Shown here: one piece after another, positions 37,769 to 46,038 of the stretch | Position numbering within the stretch: position 1 is the first letter of the stretch | Layout of the letters: each line of letters opens with the position of its first letter | Origin: Methanobacteriota archaeon | GTDB lineage: Archaea; Halobacteriota; Methanosarcinia; Methanosarcinales; Methanogasteraceae | DNA length: 64,000 bases | Direction: 5' to 3' | NCBI GenBank assembly: GCA_048634345.1 | Contig: JAIWAP010000001.1 | Span: 48-64,047, forward strand | The notes under the pieces: generated by a model | What the model was told of the DNA's origin: nothing | What the model saw: only the letters and a program-made list of their open reading frames with translations | Databases searched by the model: none | Program-made: the position numbers and the translations under genes

Positions 37769-38368
37769 ATGGAAAGAAATAATACGGTAAATCTGCTGAT
37801 TGCAGCACTGGTAATGGCGCTCTTGATCGTGCCGCTGTCAGTGGCTGCAGAATCGGGAAACATTACCGCACTTGCGAATACGACCTCTGATGAGAACGGG
37901 AACTACACATTCACAAACCTCCCCGCAGGGGATTACGTCATAAACGTGGCATACTACACGCCCGCGATGGGTGGCAAATGGTTCACAGGGCGTACGTATA
38001 CCAGTGTCGGCGATGGAGAAGATCGAAGCGATGTTGAGGTATGTCTGACCTTCGGAAGCGAGGCGGATGCAAACAATATACGGAACGCAAGCATTGATTC
38101 GAGCAGCCCCTCTGGCACCTCAACGATCTCGGGGCAGACACTTGCACACAAGATGGGGGGCGAGGTTGTGGCGATGACGAACGCAACAGTTATCATAAGC
38201 AGCTACCTCAAGGGCGACCTCGATTGTGACGGTCGTCTCACGTCGATAGATGCGCTCATAGCCCTTCAGATGAGTGTTGGGTCTCGCGAATCTAACCATG
38301 TGGGCGACATGAATTTCGATGGGGCGGTCACATCGCTGGATGCGCTCATGATCTTACAGGCGGTGTAG
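37769..38368 (+). CDS. Secreted protein: CarboxypepD_reg-like module + type-I dockerin
   Basis: Signal-like N-terminus (LLIAALVMALLIVPLSVAAES). Module TSDENGNYTFTNLPAGDYVINVAY... Two dockerin EF-hand-like repeats, GDLDCDGRLTSIDALIALQ and GDMNFDGAVTSLDALMILQ (nt 38213-38365). Confidence 0.75.
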   Translation: MERNNTVNLLIAALVMALLIVPLSVAAESGNITALANTTSDENGNYTFTNLPAGDYVINVAYYTPAMGGKWFTGRTYTSVGDGEDRSDVEVCLTFGSEADANNIRNASIDSSSPSGTSTISGQTLAHKMGGEVVAMTNATVIISSYLKGDLDCDGRLTSIDALIALQMSVGSRESNHVGDMNFDGAVTSLDALMILQAV

Positions 38369-38373
38369 CCACG

Positions 38374-41300
38374 ATGAAAAAAAACACGCTAAACCGCGGC
38401 ATAACACCCATACTACTGATCGCAGCACTGATCGTGGCGTTTTCGGTTGTGCCGCTGCCCGCAACCGCACAACCCGGGAACATGACCGTGCTTGCGAAAA
38501 CGACCTCTGATGAGAACGGAAACTACACATTCTCCAATCTCACCACCGGAAATTACACGATCGACGTGGCATACTACACACCCGCGATGGGCGGCACATG
38601 GTTCACAGGAAGCACGAACGCCAGTTTGGGTGATTGCGAGGATCTCACAGGAACAGATGTGTGGCTCTCCTTCGGAAGTGAGGAAGATGCGATCGAGATC
38701 GTGAATGCGACAGTAAATTCGAGTGGCATGGCTGGCACTTCAACGATCTCAGGGCAGACACTTGCACACGGCATGGGCGGTGCGACGACTGTTATGACCA
38801 ATGCAACTGTCGTCCTGATAAAGGTGGACGAGTCAGGAGATGACGGCTCCGCCGATGATGATGACAGTGATCTGCCATTGGCAGATGGACTTGTTCTGCC
38901 AGCACCAAACATGGCAACCGGTGCGGACGGAGCGTTCGCGTTCACCAATCTGCCTGCAGGCAACTACACGATAACTGCGCTGTCCGGAGATGCGATCGGA
39001 AATATCAGCGTGGAAATGGGCGCAGGAGCGCACATAAGCGATCTTGAGATCTGGCTGAACGATACCGCTGACGGTGCGACTGCAGACGCCACCAGAAACG
39101 CGACATACAACAATTCGGGAGGCTCGTATGGCACCGGCTCAATCTCTGGCAGGGTGTGCAACATCACCACTGGAGACTCTGCTCTTGTCACAATCACGAG
39201 CTACACCGGAGATGGGAATCTCGGAAGCGTGAATATAGAGCCAAAGATGGTGTTCATCCTCTCATCACCTGGCGACGTCTTCTTAGCCAGAAAATCGGCG
39301 GCGAGCATCGGTCTGAATATAAGCGTGTACGATAGTCACGGAGTCCCTCCGGATCTCAATCTGACGACGTATGACGTGATCTTTGCAGTGCACCTGACAA
39401 CAAAATCGATCCAGGACGTGCTCGTGCCGCTGATTGAGGCTGCAAATGAGAGCGGCGTTACAGTGATCTGCACGGATCCTGACCACCTGACAAACGTCAA
39501 TCTCACCGAGCACCCATACATCATGGAGTACTGGGAGAGCCGCAACGATAGGAACATGGAACGACTTTTAGTCTATCTCGGTTGCAAGTTCTGCGGTCTT
39601 TCCGGTCTTATCGAAGAGCCGATAATCACTCCCGGCGACGGAATATACCATCCCGATGCTGATCCTGATACTGGCAGAGTCTTTGAGAACTTAACCGAGT
39701 ATCTCCAGTGGTACAACGAGGATGCCGGGGATCATCACGTCTACAATCCGGATAACCTGACAATAGGAATCGTATTCTGGAAGTCACGGTCCGGGACCGG
39801 TGAGATTGGTGTTGTGGACGCGCTCATCAGGGATGCAGAGGCGCGAGGAGCAAACGTAATCCCGGCATTCCAGCCATTCCTGCTCTTTGAAGAGAACCTG
39901 ACCATGATGTTTATGGATGGCAACGAGTCCGCTGTCGATGTCATGATCGATCTCGGGCTCGGGATGGGTCCGCTCACTGTGATGGTTAAGAAGCGGGAGT
40001 ATCTCGAACTGATGAACGTTCCTGTCATGAAATGCATCGAACTCTACACGACAATCGAGGAATGGGAGAACGAGACAACCGGAAAAGACGGTTACTTCAA
40101 TATGCAGATCCCGGTGATGGAGATTGCAGGCGAGATCGAGTTCATCGTTGTCGGCGGGAGGGTGTACAATGCGACATACAACGTCGAGATCATTGAGCCA
40201 ATCGACTATCAGATAGAGTGGGCTGTCGATCGTGCACTCTCGTGGGGCAGTCTGCGTCACACAGAGAACAGCGAGAAGAGGGTTGCGATCCTCTACTATC
40301 ACCACTCCGTTGGAAACGGAAGCGCTCTTGCCGCAGCAAATCTCGATGTTGCGCCAAGCATCGTTAACATCCTTCATGCGATGAATGATTCGGAACAGGG
40401 CTACACACTCGGCGATGAGATACCGACTGATAAGGAACTCCTGGATATGGTGCTCTCGCAAGGCAGGAATATCGGGGTATGGGTTCCTGACCAGATCAAG
40501 AATGTCGCTGAGAACTATGATGTTGCGCTCGTTTCAGAGGAGGAGTACCTGACATGGTTCGAGAAACTTCCGGAAAAGAAGAGAAACGAGGTTACGGCGC
40601 GGTGGGGCGAGCCTCCTGGCAGGATCATGGTCTATGAGAACGAATCCGGCAAATACCTCGTGATTCCGAAGATAACGCTTGGAAACATCTTGATTGCGCC
40701 GCAGCCATCACGCGGGGCAGAGCAGAATATGACCGCTCTTTACCATGATCAGTCAGTTCCGCCGACGCATCAGTACATCGCATTCTACTACTGGCTGAAC
40801 CACGTCTATGAGGCTGATGCTATCGTTTCGATGGGCAGGCACGGAACACAGGAATGGTTGCCCGGAAAAGGCGTTGGCTTGTCAGTGAGGGACTGCTGGC
40901 CCGCAATCTTGATTCAGGATATGCCTGTTGTGTACCCCTACGAGGTGGAGGGCGTCGGAGAAGGTATCGTTGCGAAGAGGCGGGGCAGTGCAGTCATGAT
41001 CGACCATCTGACACCCGTTATCGTCGCAGCAGGGCTCTACGGGAATCTATCGAATCTTGAACAGACGATACCGCTCTACGAGCAGGAAGAGAACGGCACG
41101 CTCAAGGAGAAGTACAGAGAGCAGATTATGGATATGTGCCGCGACCTGAATCTCGGCTGGGATCTGGGCGTTGATCTGGATGAGATCGCTGCATCGAACG
41201 ACACCGTCTTTGAGGAGTTTCTCGAGGAGGTGCACGACTATCTCCTTGAGATTAAGAGGGAGTACATGCCTTACGGCTTACATATCATGGGCAAGCAGCT

Positions 41301-43680
41301 CTCCAACGATAGTCTCGTGGATATGACCAAATCGATTCTTGGTTATGATTTCAGAGAGTACATCGAGAAGACAAACATTACCGAGAACCAGACGAGAATG
41401 CTCCTCTGGGAAGTTATTGTCAACGAAACAACTCCTGATGATGCGCAGAAGAGTGTGCTTGGGTGGTCAGAGAACGCAACCGATCCTGAATCAGGAAAAA
41501 GGGTAGTTGCGAAGACAATCTCCGATGAGAACGGAAACTACACGTTCTCCAATCTCACCGCCGGAAATTACACGATCGATGCGGCGTACTACACCCCAGC
41601 GATGGGCGGCACATGGTTCATTGGAAGCAACGACACGAACCTGAACGATGGAGAGCATCCGGACGGGCTCGACGTGTGGCTAACATTCGGAAGCGAGGAG
41701 GATGCGCTTGAGATTGTGAATGCAACCGTTGATTCAGGCGGCGTCTCTGGTACTTCGACGATCTCGGGGCGGACGCTTGCTGAGGGCATGGACGGAGTGA
41801 TGACGATGGATAACTCAACAGTCGTCCTGCGCAGAACGGATTCAGACGAGGAGCCGGCAGAGACGCCACTCACAGACTTCCTGAACCTCGCAATCGAGTA
41901 TGCAGATAACCTCCGGGACTGCGAAATCGAGATACCAAAGACGCTTGATGCACTCGAAGGAAAATACATCATGCCGGGACCGAGTAACGATCCGATCAGA
42001 AACCCGGATGTGCTGCCGACCGGCAGGAACTTCTATGGCTTCGATCCGAATATCGTGCCGACCGAGGCTGCGTGGGAGGTTGGGTGCGAACTGATCGACC
42101 AGTTGCTCTCGTTGTATTCGAACGGAACCGACGAGAGCTACCCAAAGAAGGTCGGATTTGTCCTGTTTTCAGCCAATACGATGAAGGACCTGGGCGTGCT
42201 CGAGTCAGAGATATTTTACCTCCTTGGTGTGGAGCCGGTCTGGGACAACAGCAACAACATCCACGATGTCAAGCTCATACCAACAGAGAAGCTTGGGAGA
42301 CCGAGAATCGATGCCGTTGTCACGATGAGCGGCATATACCGGGAGAATTGGCCCCGCCAGATCGAACTGATCAACAAGGCGGTTCGCTTAGCCTCTGAAG
42401 CGGATGATTTCCCGCATCACCGGAACTTTGTCAATGAGAGCACCCAGCGGACATACGACTGGTTAATCGAGCACAATTACACCGAAGAACAGGCGCGGGA
42501 TCTCTCGTTGATCCGGATCTTCGGACCTCCAGAGGGCGTCTGGGGTGTCGGCGGACTCACATCAGCGATCGCCGGAACCGGCACGTGGGACAGCGAAGAA
42601 ACGATAGCAGACCTCTACATCAGGAATATGGCTAATGTGTACGGCGACACGATCTGGGGCGAGCAGTACGTCGATCTCTTCAAGCAGAATCTCGCTGGGA
42701 TCGAGGTTGCGGTCTTTAGCTGGACATCGCATTCCCACAGCGTGCTTGGAATCGATCACACCTTCGAGTTCTTCGGGGGCTTAAGCATGGCGATCCGAAG
42801 CGTATCAGGTGAGTCGCCTGATATGTATATTAACAACCTCAAGAACCCTGGCGGCGCAAAACTGGAGACGCTGCAGCACGTCTTGATGAGGGATCTGCGT
42901 TCGATGTACTACAACGAACTCTGGATCAAGGGTATGATGGAGCATGGCTACGCAGGTGCAGGATCGATGTCTACGATCATGTCAAACCTCTGGGGCTGGC
43001 AGGTCACAAACCCGGACATCATAACCGACGAGATGTGGAATACGATGTACTCGATCTATATGCAGGACGAGTACGATCTTGGGCTTACGGATTGGCTCAA
43101 TGAGAACAATGCGTGGGCACGCCAGGAGATGATGGCACGGATGATTGAGTCGACACGGATGCTTGATTCCGAAGGAAACCCGTACTGGAATCCATCCGAT
43201 GAGATAAAAGCGGCTCTTGCACAGGAGTACCAGCAATCGGTCGAGAAATACGGACCCTGCTGCTGCATTGTCTGCTGCGGAAATCCGATGATTGATACGT
43301 ACGTGAAGGGGCTGCTTCAGCCGGGCGCAGAACCCGGGCATCAGAGCAGTAGCAGTAGCAGTAGCAGCGGAAGCGGCACATATCCTGCAGACTGGAGTAA
43401 AGCGGATGCGGGCGCAACGAATCAGACAGAAACATCGTCGCAATCGTCGTCTTCGCCAACAGGTGTCGGGATAACCGGGGATGCGGTTCCGGAACCACCA
43501 TCGGAAACCAGTAAGCCCAGTGACGCAAGCGACGCTCCGGATAAGGTCGAAGGAAAAGTGATGACCGAGATGCAGACATCATCCTCGCTGCCGATATCGG
43601 GTGCACCGCTGATGGCGATCGTTGCGGTGATCGTGATCCTCGGACTGATCGGCTCAGGGTTGTGGCTTAAACGGAGATAG
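38374..43680 (+). CDS. CobN/Mg-chelatase-H-family protein, predicted exported and C-terminally anchored, with three CarboxypepD_reg-like modules (CobN-like 2)
   Basis: 1768 aa. CobN block ALEGKYIMPGPSNDPIRNPDVLPTGRNFYGFDPNIVPTEAAW. Signal-like N-terminus (ILLIAALIVAFSVVPLPATAQP). Two N-terminal modules and one mid-protein module, GPCCCIVCCGNP, a poly-Ser/S-T-P linker, a hydrophobic helix and KRR. Starts 5 nt after the dockerin gene stop. Confidence 0.85.
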   Translation: MKKNTLNRGITPILLIAALIVAFSVVPLPATAQPGNMTVLAKTTSDENGNYTFSNLTTGNYTIDVAYYTPAMGGTWFTGSTNASLGDCEDLTGTDVWLSFGSEEDAIEIVNATVNSSGMAGTSTISGQTLAHGMGGATTVMTNATVVLIKVDESGDDGSADDDDSDLPLADGLVLPAPNMATGADGAFAFTNLPAGNYTITALSGDAIGNISVEMGAGAHISDLEIWLNDTADGATADATRNATYNNSGGSYGTGSISGRVCNITTGDSALVTITSYTGDGNLGSVNIEPKMVFILSSPGDVFLARKSAASIGLNISVYDSHGVPPDLNLTTYDVIFAVHLTTKSIQDVLVPLIEAANESGVTVICTDPDHLTNVNLTEHPYIMEYWESRNDRNMERLLVYLGCKFCGLSGLIEEPIITPGDGIYHPDADPDTGRVFENLTEYLQWYNEDAGDHHVYNPDNLTIGIVFWKSRSGTGEIGVVDALIRDAEARGANVIPAFQPFLLFEENLTMMFMDGNESAVDVMIDLGLGMGPLTVMVKKREYLELMNVPVMKCIELYTTIEEWENETTGKDGYFNMQIPVMEIAGEIEFIVVGGRVYNATYNVEIIEPIDYQIEWAVDRALSWGSLRHTENSEKRVAILYYHHSVGNGSALAAANLDVAPSIVNILHAMNDSEQGYTLGDEIPTDKELLDMVLSQGRNIGVWVPDQIKNVAENYDVALVSEEEYLTWFEKLPEKKRNEVTARWGEPPGRIMVYENESGKYLVIPKITLGNILIAPQPSRGAEQNMTALYHDQSVPPTHQYIAFYYWLNHVYEADAIVSMGRHGTQEWLPGKGVGLSVRDCWPAILIQDMPVVYPYEVEGVGEGIVAKRRGSAVMIDHLTPVIVAAGLYGNLSNLEQTIPLYEQEENGTLKEKYREQIMDMCRDLNLGWDLGVDLDEIAASNDTVFEEFLEEVHDYLLEIKREYMPYGLHIMGKQLSNDSLVDMTKSILGYDFREYIEKTNITENQTRMLLWEVIVNETTPDDAQKSVLGWSENATDPESGKRVVAKTISDENGNYTFSNLTAGNYTIDAAYYTPAMGGTWFIGSNDTNLNDGEHPDGLDVWLTFGSEEDALEIVNATVDSGGVSGTSTISGRTLAEGMDGVMTMDNSTVVLRRTDSDEEPAETPLTDFLNLAIEYADNLRDCEIEIPKTLDALEGKYIMPGPSNDPIRNPDVLPTGRNFYGFDPNIVPTEAAWEVGCELIDQLLSLYSNGTDESYPKKVGFVLFSANTMKDLGVLESEIFYLLGVEPVWDNSNNIHDVKLIPTEKLGRPRIDAVVTMSGIYRENWPRQIELINKAVRLASEADDFPHHRNFVNESTQRTYDWLIEHNYTEEQARDLSLIRIFGPPEGVWGVGGLTSAIAGTGTWDSEETIADLYIRNMANVYGDTIWGEQYVDLFKQNLAGIEVAVFSWTSHSHSVLGIDHTFEFFGGLSMAIRSVSGESPDMYINNLKNPGGAKLETLQHVLMRDLRSMYYNELWIKGMMEHGYAGAGSMSTIMSNLWGWQVTNPDIITDEMWNTMYSIYMQDEYDLGLTDWLNENNAWARQEMMARMIESTRMLDSEGNPYWNPSDEIKAALAQEYQQSVEKYGPCCCIVCCGNPMIDTYVKGLLQPGAEPGHQSSSSSSSSGSGTYPADWSKADAGATNQTETSSQSSSSPTGVGITGDAVPEPPSETSKPSDASDAPDKVEGKVMTEMQTSSSLPISGAPLMAIVAVIVILGLIGSGLWLKRR

Positions 43681-43690
43681 CCGGAGGATT

Positions 43691-44395
43691 ATGCCAGACA
43701 CAACCAACTTAATCGCATTCGGCGTTCTGATCGGAGTCGCAGTCCTTGCCCTGAAGACGGGGCTTGGCTGCGGTTTCGCCAGCCTGAAATGGAAAGAGGT
43801 CGTCTATCTTGCGACCGTCTATCTCGTGATGTCGATCGTTATGGGCTACCTTGTCGGGGTTATTCCGCTCGATCTGACGCAGAACATCCTTGCTGCAGGC
43901 GTTACGATGCATCTCATCATCGCAACCGGGCTGCTTTACTTCGGAGTCCACACAAAGAGGAAGTGGATATCCGGCGGGTGCGACATCTCGAGAAAGACGT
44001 TTCTCTGGCTCTCCCTCCCCTGCCCGGTCTGCATGGTCGCGCTCTTTCTTGCGTGTACTGTTCTTGCAGGTGCGATTGACAAAAGCAATATCGTGATCGG
44101 CGCAATGGTGGGCGTGGTCTTCTTTGCAGGCATCTGTTTATCCGCACTCTCGATTGCGTTTCTTGCAGGGAGATTCGGATGCAGGGACCCGTCAGCACTT
44201 GGAACAGCGATGATACTCTTCGGGCTTTTCTACCTGCTATCACCGCTCATAATCCCTGCGTACATGCAGGCTCAGACGGTTCCAATGCCTGGCATCCCGA
44301 TTGATATGGGCGAGACGCTTCTCTCGTCTGCGCTGATGGCTACACTTGGCATAATCGGCTTCGCGGGGTACAGATACAGACGGTCGAATGATTGA
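43691..44395 (+). CDS. Polytopic membrane protein (DUF2162-like 'predicted transporter') with intramembrane CPVC motif
   Basis: 234 aa, ~6-7 hydrophobic helices. SLPCPVCM (CPVC at nt 44021-44032) lies inside a helix. Starts 10 nt after CobN-like 2, with GGAGG. The DUF2162 assignment rests on size and topology from memory and needs an HMM check. Confidence 0.6.
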   Translation: MPDTTNLIAFGVLIGVAVLALKTGLGCGFASLKWKEVVYLATVYLVMSIVMGYLVGVIPLDLTQNILAAGVTMHLIIATGLLYFGVHTKRKWISGGCDISRKTFLWLSLPCPVCMVALFLACTVLAGAIDKSNIVIGAMVGVVFFAGICLSALSIAFLAGRFGCRDPSALGTAMILFGLFYLLSPLIIPAYMQAQTVPMPGIPIDMGETLLSSALMATLGIIGFAGYRYRRSND

Positions 44396-44441
44396 GTGAT
44401 TAAGTGATTCTAATGAATTAAAAGACTTAAAGGAGAATAAA

Positions 44442-45059
44442 ATGGACATATCTTCAGGAATATTTGGAACGATGTTTATGATCTCGAATACGCTGCTTTA
44501 TCCGGTGGTCCTCATCCTGCTCGGACTGATCGCATGGTCGTTTGTCTCGACAGGGCAGTTCATATCCGAGTACACATCGAGAAACAGGGACGCGAAAAGG
44601 CTCAAGGCGGGTTGCAGGGATACGAGGGCGAAGATTGAGAATGGTGATCCAAACGGGGCGGCAGCAGTGCTCACGGCTAGTGGATCGAACAATCTCTTAA
44701 AGAAGTTCATAAAAGAGATCTCAGAGATTCTCGGTGCAGGAAATTTTCCGGTTGAGGCAGAGAAGCTGCTTCAGGACTACGAACTGAAAATTGCCGATGA
44801 ACTGATGCATGTGAGACTGGTGGCACGAATTGGTCCGATGCTTGGGCTTATGGGGACGCTGATCCCAATGGGTCCTGCGCTGATGGGCTTATCATCAGGG
44901 AACATCCAGCAGCTTGCAGCAAATCTGGTGATCGCATTCTCAACAACGGTTCTCGGTCTTCTGGCTGGCGGGGTGGCTTACAGCATCCTCTTAATCAAGA
45001 AGAAGTGGTATACGCAGGACTTAAGCGACATGGAGTATGTTGTGGAGGTCTTGAAGTGA
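44442..45059 (+). CDS. MotA/TolQ/ExbB-family proton-channel protein
   Basis: 205 aa. C-terminal block IGPMLGLMGTLIPMGPALMGL....LAANLVIAFSTTVLGLLAGGVAY matches the MotA_ExbB signature. Confidence 0.8.
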   Translation: MDISSGIFGTMFMISNTLLYPVVLILLGLIAWSFVSTGQFISEYTSRNRDAKRLKAGCRDTRAKIENGDPNGAAAVLTASGSNNLLKKFIKEISEILGAGNFPVEAEKLLQDYELKIADELMHVRLVARIGPMLGLMGTLIPMGPALMGLSSGNIQQLAANLVIAFSTTVLGLLAGGVAYSILLIKKKWYTQDLSDMEYVVEVLK

Positions 45060-45394
45060 GATCAACCCGGAAGCGGATCGTTCTGGACGACGAGGAGGAT
45101 CCGCTGGGTGGCGTTGCAAACCTCTTTGATGCCGCGATGGTCTTTGCTGTCGCGCTCCTTGTTGCGCTTGTTGTCTCCTACAACGTGCCGGAACTGCTTG
45201 ACGCTGATGCGAGCGTAACAATCGTCAAGAACCCGGGAGACCCGAATATGCAGGTGATAATCAAGGATAAGGAGACGATAAAGGTTATGAATATGACCGA
45301 GCAGCTCATGGGTGGTCAGGGGTCAAAGATCGGGACTGCGTACCGGCTGGAGACCGGAGAGGTGATATATATGCCCGAGAATGAGACCGGATGA
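45056..45394 (+). CDS. Small single-TM protein, ExbD/TolR-analogous position (DUF2149-like)
   Basis: A GTG start at 45056 overlaps the MotA-like stop (GTGA). Layout: basic N-terminus, one TM helix (LFDAAMVFAVALLVALVV), then a ~70-aa extracytoplasmic tail. The family name is from memory. Confidence 0.55.
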   Translation: MRSTRKRIVLDDEEDPLGGVANLFDAAMVFAVALLVALVVSYNVPELLDADASVTIVKNPGDPNMQVIIKDKETIKVMNMTEQLMGGQGSKIGTAYRLETGEVIYMPENETG

Positions 45395-45494
45395 TGACTG
45401 CTGCCGTCGAATACAGATGCTACCGAAATGTTGAGCGCCAGCGGTATGTAAAGCATCGGTGAGGTGTGGTATCGTCGAAGGTATTGTGAGTTAA

Positions 45495-45885
45495 TGGAGG
45501 TGGGGCACTAAGCAAAACAACATTAGAACACGTAAGGAGCAGAAATTCCGGAGTAAAAACGCTTCGAGCTACGATCAGTCAATGATAGGAAGATACTGGA
45601 AGATCTATCCGTCCCCCCTCGATAAGATCTCCAGTGATCTTGGGACCGGAGGCACTGTACTCGAGGTTGCAACCGGAACCAGGTCTCGTTGCGCTGAAGA
45701 TAGCAAGCGCAGCAGATCATGTTCATGCGATAGACATCTCGCCGCAGATAATTGATGTCGCAAAGAAGAAGGCAGAAGAGAGCGGAATCGATAACGTGGC
45801 GTTCTCGGTGGTGGATGCGTGTGCCATGCCTTATGATGGCGGCATGTTTGATACGGTTATCTGTAAATGCGCTCGCATAATATGA
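45495..45885 (+). pseudogene. Class-I SAM-dependent methyltransferase, frameshifted and 3'-truncated
   Basis: ...YDQSMIGRYWKIYPSPLDKISSDLGTGGTVLEVATGT then a frameshift to GLVALKIASAADHVHAIDISPQIIDVAKKKAEESGIDNVAFSVVDACAMPYDGGMFDTVIC. It ends prematurely (KCARII*) and has no start codon after the upstream stop. Confidence 0.65.
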
Positions 45886-45955
45886 AACATCCGGGAGATT
45901 GCGTTATCGAAAAATTTCGGAAGTAGGGGTCACTTCCGGTTATCTTTAAAAGTCC

Positions 45956-46012
45956 GGTATGAGCATCTGTCGCTCTTGTGTTCATGGTCAGATTGACCAT
46001 TACAAAAAAAAT
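45956..46012 (+). repeat. Dispersed intergenic repeat family 'C', copy C2
   Basis: GGTATGAGCATCTGTCGCTCTTGTGTTCATGGTCAGATTGACCATTACAAAAAAAA contains the perfect hairpin ATGGTCA-GAT-TGACCAT followed by A8. Confidence 0.75.
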
Positions 46013-46038
46013 CAAAAAAGGCGAATTCCGATGTTATC

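Noticed and set aside
33263-43606. Many long antisense or off-frame ORFs inside the two CobN-like genes (e.g. 33263-33817, 34358-34951, 35849-36343, 36813-37550, 39784-40461, 43097-43606).
   Set aside because: They lie entirely within well-supported 1555-aa and 1768-aa reading frames. They have low-complexity or Arg/Ser/Pro-rich compositions and no start context. They are typical shadow ORFs of a moderately GC-rich coding strand.
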